From Candidatus Iainarchaeum sp. (lineage in GTDB: Archaea; Iainarchaeota; Iainarchaeia; Iainarchaeales; JACQJH01): a DNA stretch of 32,000 nt. The translations under genes and the position numbers were made by a program. This document shows, in pieces, positions 15,676-23,353 of this stretch. How positions within the stretch are numbered: position 1 is the first letter of the stretch; the number at the start of each line of letters is the position of its first letter. The stretch spans positions 570,001 through 602,000 of the forward strand of contig JACQJH010000002.1 in assembly GCA_016205145.1 (NCBI GenBank), read 5' to 3'. The notes beneath the pieces were generated by a model. It had not been told where the DNA came from. It searched no databases and worked only from the letters and a program-made list of their open reading frames with translations.

Positions 15676-16347
15676 CTACACCAGCGTCGAAACAAACAGC
15701 ATCGTGACGCCGATTGCGGCTGTGATTGTCGTAACGATCAGCGAGTCGACGTCAAGCCGGCCCTGGAACTTCACTATCAGGAAAAAAAGCGCTGCCGAAG
15801 AAAAAATTATTCCGCCAAGAATGAGAAGGTATGAAATGAGCTTGTTCCTTGAACCGACGCCGCGCAGTTTCATTTCGTCTATGTCCTGCTGGGTGTTTGC
15901 GACGACCTCGCCGAGGTCGTTGAGCTTGTTGCGCACCTTGTCGCTCAGCTCGGTCGTCTTCATCGCGGTTTCCTCTATTTTCTGCCTGAAATTGTCGTTT
16001 TCCCTTTTCGTTTCCAGCCTGAGCTTTTCGATTTCTTCCTGCGCAGACTTCTGGACCTTTGAAAACGATTTCCCGCCCTGTTCCTCGGACTTTTCCTCGA
16101 CCGCCCTTGAAATGAAATCCTTCTGGTTTTCCAGTTCGTCGCGCACAATGCGCGAAATTTCGCCTTTCAGCAATGCAAAAGTGTCGGCCTGGCCGAGGAG
16201 CAGGAGCCTTTTCGCCTTTTCCGGTTCCACGCCAAGCTGCCTGAGCGTAGAAATTATCTTTTCCTCCGGCTCGTTCGCCTCGACCATTTCCTGGATTATG
16301 GCGATTATGCTGGCTTCCCTGTCGGTTTTCGGCTTTTTTTCGGGCAT
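15676..16347 (-). CDS. Coiled-coil protein with two C-terminal TM helices, hypothetical
   Basis: 223 aa, charged and heptad-rich in the middle, with C-terminus LISYLLILGGIIFSSAALFFLIV...LIVTTITAAIGVTMLFVSTLV. Its start overlaps the upstream gene stop (TAATG). Confidence 0.6.
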   Translation of the reverse strand: MPEKKPKTDREASIIAIIQEMVEANEPEEKIISTLRQLGVEPEKAKRLLLLGQADTFALLKGEISRIVRDELENQKDFISRAVEEKSEEQGGKSFSKVQKSAQEEIEKLRLETKRENDNFRQKIEETAMKTTELSDKVRNKLNDLGEVVANTQQDIDEMKLRGVGSRNKLISYLLILGGIIFSSAALFFLIVKFQGRLDVDSLIVTTITAAIGVTMLFVSTLV

Positions 16348-16991
16348 TACTCGGTCACGTTTATAGTGCGCTTGAACGATTCACTAACATTCTCTGCATT
16401 GAGGTTAAAAAAGATTTCGAAGGCCCCCGCCTTTTTCGGCGTGAACAAAAAATCAGTTGAAACGCAGTCGCCGGCATTGAAATCCAGAACCTGCGTTCTT
16501 TGGCCGGCTTCAACCGCGGTCTCGTCGAACGACTCCGAAATGGAAATTGTTTTCGGCAGAGCGCCCTTCCTGCAGACGTCCACGACTATTTTGGCCTTGC
16601 CGCCCACAAAAAAAAGCGATTGCTGCTGGACCTTGTAGGAAATGTTCACTGCAGGGGTTTCAAAAAAAACGTCAGTGGAAGCCTCGGCATGGAACGGCGC
16701 GCTGGCAATTATAGTGACGGTGCCCAAAAAGCCTTCCAGCAGTATTTCTTCCTTCTGCCCTGGCTCAAGCACCGCAATCTTTTTCAACAGCGTTCCATCG
16801 GAAGCCGCAACCGAAACGCCGCGGATGGAATGGCCGCTTGTGTTGGCAACCGCCACAAACTTTTCATTCCCGGCGCCGGAAACCGAAATGGAGAGGCCGG
16901 GAGTGAAAAAAATAAGGAAAACGAGTATTGCGCCGAAAATCGCCAATACCACGAGAAAAAACAATGCATTCTGCTTTTTGCCTGACAGCAT
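16347..16991 (-). CDS. N-terminally anchored extracellular beta-rich protein, hypothetical
   Basis: MLSGKKQNALFFLVVLAIFGAILVFLIFF anchor followed by a beta-sandwich-like sequence. ATG at 16991; the listed start 17006 is TTG. Confidence 0.55.
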   Translation of the reverse strand: MLSGKKQNALFFLVVLAIFGAILVFLIFFTPGLSISVSGAGNEKFVAVANTSGHSIRGVSVAASDGTLLKKIAVLEPGQKEEILLEGFLGTVTIIASAPFHAEASTDVFFETPAVNISYKVQQQSLFFVGGKAKIVVDVCRKGALPKTISISESFDETAVEAGQRTQVLDFNAGDCVSTDFLFTPKKAGAFEIFFNLNAENVSESFKRTINVTE

Positions 16992-17021
16992 CAAAACCAG
17001 AAACAATTACGCTTCTTCCCT

Positions 17022-17777
17022 TTAAAACCTTATTTTGCCCGACTGCCACTGCATTACCAGAAACTTTGCCGCCGCAACAGAGTCGGGCCTGCCGCCGGAA
17101 AGCAGAAAGCCCTTTTTCAGGGCAAACGCCTCAAGCAATGCCTCGGCATCCGTGCCCTGCAGGCCGAAACTTTTTTCAAAAAAATCCGGCCGGGATGAAA
17201 CAATAAATTCTGCAAGCTGCACTCCCGCGGTTTCGGGATCGGAAAGCTGTTCCGCGGTTTTCGCGTTCACGAGCATGAGCCTGAACTCGTCGTTTTCGTC
17301 GAACGGGATTGTGCCGGGCGAATCAAACAGCAGCAGGTTTTTCGAGACGCGGACAAGCCTTTCGCCGCGCGTGAAACCGGCTTTTTTGGAAGTGCCGGCA
17401 ACCCTCCTGCCGACCAGAATGTTGATAAGCGAACTCTTGCCGGTGTTCGGGTAGCCGACGACAGCGCACACGCACCGCTTTTTTTCAGCCAGGGCGAAAA
17501 GCCTGTTCCTGAGCAGGGAGATACCCTGCCGCTTTTTCGCGGAAACGAAAAAAGTTTCCGCTTCCTGTGACAGGAGTTTTTTCTGCGCTTCCGCATGGCG
17601 CTTCGAGGCAAAGTCGGATTTATTTATCACGAACAAAAGCCTTTTGCCGGAAGCCCGCACTTTTTCCTCGAGGTCCCTGTTCCGTGTCAGTTCCGGAAAC
17701 CTTGCATCCAAAACTTCGAGAATTATGTCTGACGATTCGACAACCTTTGAAAGCCTCGCAAAAAAGCCGCCCTTCAT
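17022..17777 (-). CDS. Circularly permuted ribosome-biogenesis GTPase (YlqF/RbgA-MJ1464 family)
   Basis: G4 NKSD precedes G1 GYPNTGKSS and G3 DSPG, the permuted order of this family. ATG at 17777. Confidence 0.8.
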   Translation of the reverse strand: MKGGFFARLSKVVESSDIILEVLDARFPELTRNRDLEEKVRASGKRLLFVINKSDFASKRHAEAQKKLLSQEAETFFVSAKKRQGISLLRNRLFALAEKKRCVCAVVGYPNTGKSSLINILVGRRVAGTSKKAGFTRGERLVRVSKNLLLFDSPGTIPFDENDEFRLMLVNAKTAEQLSDPETAGVQLAEFIVSSRPDFFEKSFGLQGTDAEALLEAFALKKGFLLSGGRPDSVAAAKFLVMQWQSGKIRF

Positions 17778-17837
17778 AAAAAAACCCGCCGGCAAAAAAC
17801 ACTCAATGCAACCATCAGCAAAATTAAGATATCCTGC

Positions 17838-18191
17838 TCAGAGTAGTTTCAGGCTCGAAGTGAACCTGTCGATTTCGGAATCCGGAGCCGGGCCGATTGC
17901 AATGCACGTCGCTTCCCCCGCTTCAATCTGCGTCCTTCCCGCATCCTTTATCAGCGCGCACGGCAAAAGCTTTTTCGCGGACTCGAACAGCTCAAGCAGT
18001 TCATTTCTGCTTCCAACTTTGAGCACGACCTTCGCCTGGCCGGAAGCCTTCCACTCCTCGACCCAGCCCGGCTTTTTTGCCGAAGTTTTTTCGACTGCCT
18101 CAAGGCTTGCGTGCGCTACTTGGGCACAAGTTTTCCCGACACCAAGTTTCAAATCTTTTCTTACAACAATTGCCTGTTTATATTCAGTCAA
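17838..18191 (-). CDS. pth2: Archaeal-type peptidyl-tRNA hydrolase (Pth2)
   Basis: 117 aa (KQAIVVRKDLKLGVGKTCAQVAHASL...DAGRTQIEAGEATCIAIGP). The TTG start at 18191 lies inside the 3' end of the upstream endonuclease gene. Confidence 0.9.
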   Translation of the reverse strand: MTEYKQAIVVRKDLKLGVGKTCAQVAHASLEAVEKTSAKKPGWVEEWKASGQAKVVLKVGSRNELLELFESAKKLLPCALIKDAGRTQIEAGEATCIAIGPAPDSEIDRFTSSLKLL

Positions 18192-19110
18192 TTTTTTCGC
18201 CCCTTTTTCTTAAATGGTCTTTGAACCGCAAATATTTCCTATCTAAACATAAGCCATTACAATTTTTATACATCCATCTGCAAAGAATGCGTGCATTATC
18301 ACCGTAAAATTCAATTTGCCACGTTCTGTCTGACGACATTTTCACATTACTTGTTCTTATTTTAATAATTTTAACCATTGTTTCCTTTAAATCTTTAATA
18401 AATTTTTCATTGCCAACAATCTTTATTTTGATTGTGTTTGGTTGGTTGAAATGAATACTTCCGTCCCCATCAAAATAACCTCTTACAAAATTAGCGAGGT
18501 ATTTTTGGGGAATTTTTGGCAGCCTTATTTTTTTTGCTTTTTTTGGCCCACACCCAAGAGCTATTAAATCGGAACACATTTTTTTGCTATGCACTGAGAA
18601 GCTCAGGTAATCTCCGTGAATTTTTATTCCATGGTTACTTTTTAGGGCTTTTTTAATTTTTTCCACGATTTTTAAGTCTTTTTTATTTAGGTGCAGGCGA
18701 AATGTTCTTTTGTCAGCGGTGACATTTCCATCGCTAAACATCCAACCCAAAACATATGCAGATTCGCGAGTCCAGACGGAAAAGAAACTTTCGTCGACTT
18801 TGTTATATCTTTTTCTAATTGGCCTCGATATTCTCAATTTGTGTGCTTTATGATACACTGAAGATTTGGTTCTTCTAGGAAATAATATGTGTATGTTGTT
18901 TTTTCCGGCGTAGTGTTCCTTCAGCATCTGAAGTTCTTTTTGTGCCCAGAAAAGACGGGGCGTTGTCAACCCAAATGCATGGAGCTTTCGCTGAATTGTG
19001 GTTTTGCTCACATTATTTTCTTTCGCTATTTCCAAGTAATTCTTGTGTTTAAGCTGCTCTTCCAAATATTCTTTTGAATTATAAAATTTCACAATAAGAT
19101 ACTGTGTCAA
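18184..19110 (-). CDS. Free-standing LAGLIDADG homing endonuclease with N-terminal HTH region
   Basis: Two LAGLIDADG motifs (YVLGWMFSDGNV and FVRGYFDGDGSI). N-terminal HTH-like YLEIAKENNVSKTTIQRKLHAFGL. Lys/Ile/Asn-rich composition. Confidence 0.85.
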   Translation of the reverse strand: MTQYLIVKFYNSKEYLEEQLKHKNYLEIAKENNVSKTTIQRKLHAFGLTTPRLFWAQKELQMLKEHYAGKNNIHILFPRRTKSSVYHKAHKLRISRPIRKRYNKVDESFFSVWTRESAYVLGWMFSDGNVTADKRTFRLHLNKKDLKIVEKIKKALKSNHGIKIHGDYLSFSVHSKKMCSDLIALGCGPKKAKKIRLPKIPQKYLANFVRGYFDGDGSIHFNQPNTIKIKIVGNEKFIKDLKETMVKIIKIRTSNVKMSSDRTWQIEFYGDNARILCRWMYKNCNGLCLDRKYLRFKDHLRKRGEKID

Positions 19111-19238
19111 TCAGTTTAAACTATGGTATAATCTTTCCTTTACCCAAAATTGAAGCCCGGGATAATAATGTCTAAGCCGCAGTTTAAAAACCTGCATTTG
19201 TGCATGGCGGAATCGTCAAACACGAAAAAAGAATGAGA
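18184..19238 (-). mobile_element. AT-rich island carrying the homing endonuclease
   Basis: Hand counts of five 60-nt lines inside give 18-47% G+C (about one third on average), against more than 50% in flanking lines. The island is bounded by pth2 and by the hairpin element starting at 19239. Confidence 0.5.
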
Positions 19239-19420
19239 TTACTCGGCCTTTCACAACAGTGATGCCCCAGAATCCAAAGATTCTGGGCACGTCGCAAAAT
19301 CCAAGATTTTGCAACGAAGGCCTTAGTTTCGGACCCGGCGTTGCGAGCAACGCGAGCCAGCGGCACTTTACGTGCCGCGCGCACCAGACGGGCGTGACGT
19401 CTCGGCGGACGAAACCGCCG
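19239..19420 (-). repeat. Composite hairpin element (longest copy of the family)
   Basis: Read on the minus strand: CGGCGG-TTTCGT-CCGCCG, agacgtcacgcccgtct, CGGCAC-gtaaa-GTGCCG, GCGTTGC-tc-GCAACGC, then an 88-nt two-hairpin module (19248-19335), then gccgagtaa. Confidence 0.7.
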
Positions 19421-19422
19421 GC

Positions 19423-19893
19423 TTAAGCCACGTTCGGCTGCGCTTCGGCTTCGGTTGACAGCTGCTGGATTACCGGCCGCATGATTTCTGAATCGTCTTC
19501 CGCGGCAGGCTGGTCTGAAGCCTGTTCTGATTCGGCTTCAGCCGGTTCCGGCTGCTCGAAGCCTGGCTGTACGCCTTTCAGGCGCAAAGTCTTTGTGATG
19601 CCATTCGAACCCCACAAATAAGTGAAAGAAGTGCCCTCGTTTTTTGTTATCCAAACGCGCCTGTTGCCCGGATGTTCGTGGCCTTTCAAAGTCAGAAGGT
19701 TGCTGAATTCAACCAGCGCCTTTGAATCGTCAAGCTTTACAAGAGTGAAAACTGACGGCGACCCGTCTACTCCCGGCAAAAGTTCGCCGAAAGCCTTGCC
19801 CTGCTCGACTTCGACCTCGTTCTCGTCAACCTTCTTGTCGAAAGGCGGGCTCCACCTGCTCTGCACGTTCCTAAGCTCAAAAATCGCTTTCAT
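19423..19893 (-). CDS. Hypothetical protein with beta-rich N-domain and acidic disordered C-terminal tail
   Basis: 156 aa with C-terminus EQPEPAEAESEQASDQPAAEDDSEIM. No motif recognised. Divergent from nurA. Confidence 0.55.
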   Translation of the reverse strand: MKAIFELRNVQSRWSPPFDKKVDENEVEVEQGKAFGELLPGVDGSPSVFTLVKLDDSKALVEFSNLLTLKGHEHPGNRRVWITKNEGTSFTYLWGSNGITKTLRLKGVQPGFEQPEPAEAESEQASDQPAAEDDSEIMRPVIQQLSTEAEAQPNVA

Positions 19894-20035
19894 GATCTCA
19901 CCAAAAAAAGTTGTAAGAAGATAAGTCGTTTCTGGTTAAAAATCTTTGTCTGGAAAAACCGGTTTGCCGGCCAAGCATTTCACGGGAAACCCGCCTGCCC
20001 AGCATTTTAAAGCAGTTTTTCCCATTGTTTTGCCG

Positions 20036-21139
20036 ATGACAATCAATTCGGTTATCGACGAGGCCGTTTCCGGCATACATGCAATGGATGCAAGGCGGAA
20101 AATCTTTTCAGAAAAGCTGCTGCTTTTGAAGGATGAAGACCTTGCCCCGCTGAACGACAGGGAATTGCTCGAAGACAGGCTCATCCTTCCGGTGCGCAAT
20201 GCGCAGGCGTTTTCGAAAAAGGTTGCGGGCGTGGATTCGGGGTTTGCGGACAAGCGCCTGTTCTCGTTCGACCTGATTCTTGTGCGCGCGGTCGCGGTCT
20301 GCTTTGCATATGACAACGGAAAGCTCGCTTCCGCGCAATATTTGCCAAATTATTTTTCTTTTCCGACGCCGTTGCTGAACAATGCCGCGCTGGACAACGA
20401 CGAGTTCCAGGTCAGCAGGTCGTTGCAGAGGCTGCTCGAGGAAGTGAGGCTTGCGAAAAGGGCGATTGCGGAATTCAGGCCGGACTATTGTTTTCTGGAT
20501 GGCAGCGTGATTCCGCAGTACGTCGAGTCTCGGCAGGACTCGCAGGTGAAGGCATTTTACCATGAAACCCTGGCGGAGTTCCAGCAGTTGTATTCCGAAG
20601 CAGAGAAAGCGGGCTGCCAGATTGTCGGCTGCGTCGAGGACAGCCGCGGCAGCCAGCTGCGCACAATCCTGCAGAAAAGCGTCCTGCCGAAAGTGCCGGT
20701 GTGCAATCCCGCTCTGCTGGATGAAACATATGATTCCGTGCTATTGGATTACCTTTTGAAAAAAGGCGAGCGGAGCTTTGCATTCAATTATTCGGCGCAC
20801 GCAAAAGAGCACCCCATCCTGAAGGATTTCGACGAGAAGTGGGCGAAGCAGGTGCACGTTTTTTACCTGAAGCCTGTTGACTTCGACAGGCCGCTGAGAG
20901 TGGAGTTCTTGTCGAACAAAAAAGGGCCTGAATTCGCAGGGCACGTTGATGAGATTGCGCAGGCCGTGCGCTTCCTCTCCGGCTTCCACAAGGAATACGC
21001 TTATCCAAGCGTCCTGATAGAAGCCGATTTCAGGGCGCGCCTGAACAACGCTGAAATCGAAACCGTTTACGAAAAAATCGTGGACAAGCTCAGCAGGCAC
21101 TTGAAACTCAGGCTGAGAAGGAACAGCAGGCCATTTTGA
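20036..21139 (+). CDS. nurA: NurA 5'-3' nuclease
   Basis: VAGVDSGF and CFLDGSVIPQ acidic motifs, suitable size, and position upstream of herA. ATG at 20036 (MTINSVIDEA); the listed start 19946 is TTG. Confidence 0.7.
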   Translation: MTINSVIDEAVSGIHAMDARRKIFSEKLLLLKDEDLAPLNDRELLEDRLILPVRNAQAFSKKVAGVDSGFADKRLFSFDLILVRAVAVCFAYDNGKLASAQYLPNYFSFPTPLLNNAALDNDEFQVSRSLQRLLEEVRLAKRAIAEFRPDYCFLDGSVIPQYVESRQDSQVKAFYHETLAEFQQLYSEAEKAGCQIVGCVEDSRGSQLRTILQKSVLPKVPVCNPALLDETYDSVLLDYLLKKGERSFAFNYSAHAKEHPILKDFDEKWAKQVHVFYLKPVDFDRPLRVEFLSNKKGPEFAGHVDEIAQAVRFLSGFHKEYAYPSVLIEADFRARLNNAEIETVYEKIVDKLSRHLKLRLRRNSRPF

Positions 21140-21437
21140 CAAAGTGATAAAAATGCCGAACAGAATACACCAAACTCAGCCGCGGAGAAGAGTGGAAAGC
21201 CTGCGGAGAAGCGCGTCAAGGTTTTCCAGAAACCTTGCCAATGTTCCGCCGGAAAAAAGGGCGGCAGTGACAAAAAGATATTGGAAAAACAAGGAAAGCG
21301 GGCAGTGAAAATGCGCGGTAAAAACAACTGGTTTCGTGCGGCCGGCATGGGTTGCGCTTTATGGCAACGAGGATTTTATTAAACGTTTCAGGGAAAAGTT
21401 GAAAGGAAAAGCAAAATCGGAAAAGAAGTGAAAAAGC

Positions 21438-22979
21438 GTGGCTGATGAAAGGGAAATCGGAACCGTGATTTCAAGCTTTGAGGGCCCGTCGCCTAACCTT
21501 GTCGATTTTGTCGTCACGCACGGAATCGTGCATCGCGGCCAGTTTGTCGAACTCGATTACAGCGAAGGAACGATGGTCTGCCTTGTCAACGACGTGATAA
21601 AGACAAACCGCTATTTCGAGCGAGCCGACTCGGTCAAGGAATTTGAAAGCTCGGGCACGAAAATGCTTGAACAGTTTCCGATCGGGGAATGGGAATACCT
21701 TCTCGCAAAGACACGGCCATTGGGGGTTTTCGCGGACGGAATGATCAAAAGGCCGAGTTATCCGCCAAGCCCAGGCACTAAAGTCAGGATTTCTGACAGG
21801 GAAAATCTCAAAAAATTCCTCGGGTTTGATTTGCAGTCCGGCCTTGAAATCGGTTCGGTGGAATACCACGACCTGCCCGTCAAGCTGAATCTGAGCGGCC
21901 TCCTCAAAAAGCACCTTGCTGTTTTGGCCATGAGCGGCAGCGGCAAGTCGTATGGTGTTTCCGTCCTGCTCGAGGAACTGCTTTCGCGCAAAAAAGAATT
22001 CGGCCGCATCGCGACAATCGTCATGGACCCGCACGGCGAATACAGCTCGTTTGCCGAGCCCGTGAAAGAAAAGGGCTTTGAGGATTTTTCCTCAGTGACC
22101 AGGCTTGTGAAAGCCAGGAACATCCAGATTGGCGTGCCGAGGCTGGACGTGAACCTGATTTCAGGAATCATTCCCGGTTTGAGCCACGCGCAAAAACGCG
22201 ACCTTGGAAGGGTTTTGTCCCAGCTCAAGCAGGAAATGCGCGATGGCCTCGGCCCATTCGACCTTGCAATGGTGCGCTTGAAAATTGCCAGGGACAGTGA
22301 AATAAAGGAAGCCACGAAAGCCGCACTCGTAGGCTGGGTTGACGGTTTGGAAGATTTGCATCTTTTCGGCAAAACCGACAATCCCGGAGTGGCAGAGCTT
22401 GCCAAACCCGGAACGCTTACAATCGTTGACCTGTCAGACATTGTTGACCTGAAAAAAAAGCAGGTCATTGTCGGCTATTTTGCGAGAAAGCTTTTCCACG
22501 AAAGGCGCGAAAAAGCCATTCCGCCGTTTTTGTTCATTCTGGAAGAAGCGCACCAATTCTGTCCGGAAAAGGCTTCGGAGGAAAAGGCTGTAGCGCGCGG
22601 CATCATCCGAACCATTGCACGCGAAGGAAGGAAATTCGGCGCTTCGCTGTGCCTGATTTCGCAGAGGCCCGTGCAATTGGACACTACCACGCTGTCGCAG
22701 TGCAACACTCACATAATTTTGCGCATAACCAACCCATATGATTTGAAGCACATCGGCGAAACCTCCGAGGGCATCGACGCCAGAACCCAGTCAATGATTT
22801 CCTCTCTCAGGGTCGGTGAAGGGATTATCGTCGGCGAAGCAGTCAGCTTTCCGGTTTTCTTCAAGTTCCGGAAACGCAGGAGCGCGCCAAGCCGGCACGA
22901 GTTTTCATTGGAGCAGGCCGCAATCGACTTTGAAAACAGCGAAGGCAAAAACCGCGAGGAAGCGGAAAGCTTTTTGTAA
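21438..22979 (+). CDS. herA: HerA bipolar DNA helicase / FtsK-HerA superfamily ATPase
   Basis: N-terminal barrel EIGTVISSFEGPSPNLVDFVV, Walker A AMSGSGKSYGVS, Walker B LFILEEAHQF, and arginine-finger region LISQRP. GTG start at 21438. Confidence 0.9.
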   Translation: MADEREIGTVISSFEGPSPNLVDFVVTHGIVHRGQFVELDYSEGTMVCLVNDVIKTNRYFERADSVKEFESSGTKMLEQFPIGEWEYLLAKTRPLGVFADGMIKRPSYPPSPGTKVRISDRENLKKFLGFDLQSGLEIGSVEYHDLPVKLNLSGLLKKHLAVLAMSGSGKSYGVSVLLEELLSRKKEFGRIATIVMDPHGEYSSFAEPVKEKGFEDFSSVTRLVKARNIQIGVPRLDVNLISGIIPGLSHAQKRDLGRVLSQLKQEMRDGLGPFDLAMVRLKIARDSEIKEATKAALVGWVDGLEDLHLFGKTDNPGVAELAKPGTLTIVDLSDIVDLKKKQVIVGYFARKLFHERREKAIPPFLFILEEAHQFCPEKASEEKAVARGIIRTIAREGRKFGASLCLISQRPVQLDTTTLSQCNTHIILRITNPYDLKHIGETSEGIDARTQSMISSLRVGEGIIVGEAVSFPVFFKFRKRRSAPSRHEFSLEQAAIDFENSEGKNREEAESFL

Positions 22980-22984
22980 AAAAA

Positions 22985-23084
22985 AAGAGTAAGCTTACTC
23001 GGCGTTGCGAGCAACGCGAGCCAGCGGCACTTTACGTGCCGCACGCACTAGACGGGCGTGACGTCTCGGCGGACGAAACCGCCG
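22985..23084 (-). repeat. Hairpin element, short copy (lacks the two-hairpin module)
   Basis: 23000-23084 matches 19336-19420 at 83 of 85 positions. It is preceded by the palindrome GAGTAAGCTTACTC. Confidence 0.75.
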
Positions 23085-23086
23085 CC

Positions 23087-23122
23087 GGGAAAACTTTTGA
23101 TAAAAGTTTTATCAAAAGTCAC
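23087..23122. repeat. 36-nt AT-rich palindromic motif downstream of tRNA-Gly(GCC)
   Basis: gggaaaaCTTTTGATAAAAgTTTTATCAAAAGtcac. Its reverse complement recurs at 30833-30868 with 35 of 36 identical. Confidence 0.75.
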
Positions 23123-23187
23123 CCGGCCGGCAGAGGGGCTGAGCCTTGCGAAGCCCCTCAACGTCGCACCAACCGGGCGATGACGGT

Positions 23188-23345
23188 TGCGACCACCGGG
23201 AGTCGAACCCGGACCTGAACCTGATTGCAGCCCTGCGCCTCCAAAAAAGAAAATTTTTTTCTTTTGTGGGAAAACACCTTTTTCTTTTTCAAAAAAGAAA
23301 AAGGGCCCTGGCAAGGTCCAATCCTAACCGCTAGACCATGGTCGC
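23188..23345 (-). tRNA. tRNA-Gly (anticodon GCC) with 86-nt intron at 37/38
   Basis: Acceptor GCGACCA/TGGTCGC, D stem GTCT/GGAT, anticodon stem GGACC/GGTTC, spliced loop TTGCCAA, T arm CCGGG-TTCGACT-CCCGG, discriminator A. Intron is 23223..23308. BHB: central helix TTGC/GCAA, bulges CAG and TCA, outer helix GGCCC/GGGCT. Confidence 0.8.
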
Positions 23346-23353
23346 TTGCAGGA

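Noticed and set aside
15636-15676. Minus-strand GGCGCCGTAGTTCAGG...GAAC resembling a tRNA acceptor/D-arm 5' half
   Set aside because: No anticodon loop with U33 is present. No T arm and no complementary acceptor 3' strand (CGGCGCC) could be found downstream or elsewhere in the window. It could be a tRNA remnant, but it cannot be called a gene or a split tRNA half.
19398-19420. GGACGAAAC, reminiscent of the hammerhead ribozyme helix II / GAAA core
   Set aside because: The GAAA lies in the hairpin loop, not between helices II and III. The upstream sequence (GUGACGU) does not match the CUGANGA core. The hammerhead reading is therefore unsupported.
21153-21308. 51-aa basic ORF (MPNRIHQTQPRRRVESLRR...) in the nurA-herA spacer, and the antisense 93-aa ORF 21067-21348
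   Set aside because: There is no motif, the composition is arginine-rich, and there is no obvious promoter. The antisense ORF is hydrophobic low-complexity. Neither can be supported from sequence alone.
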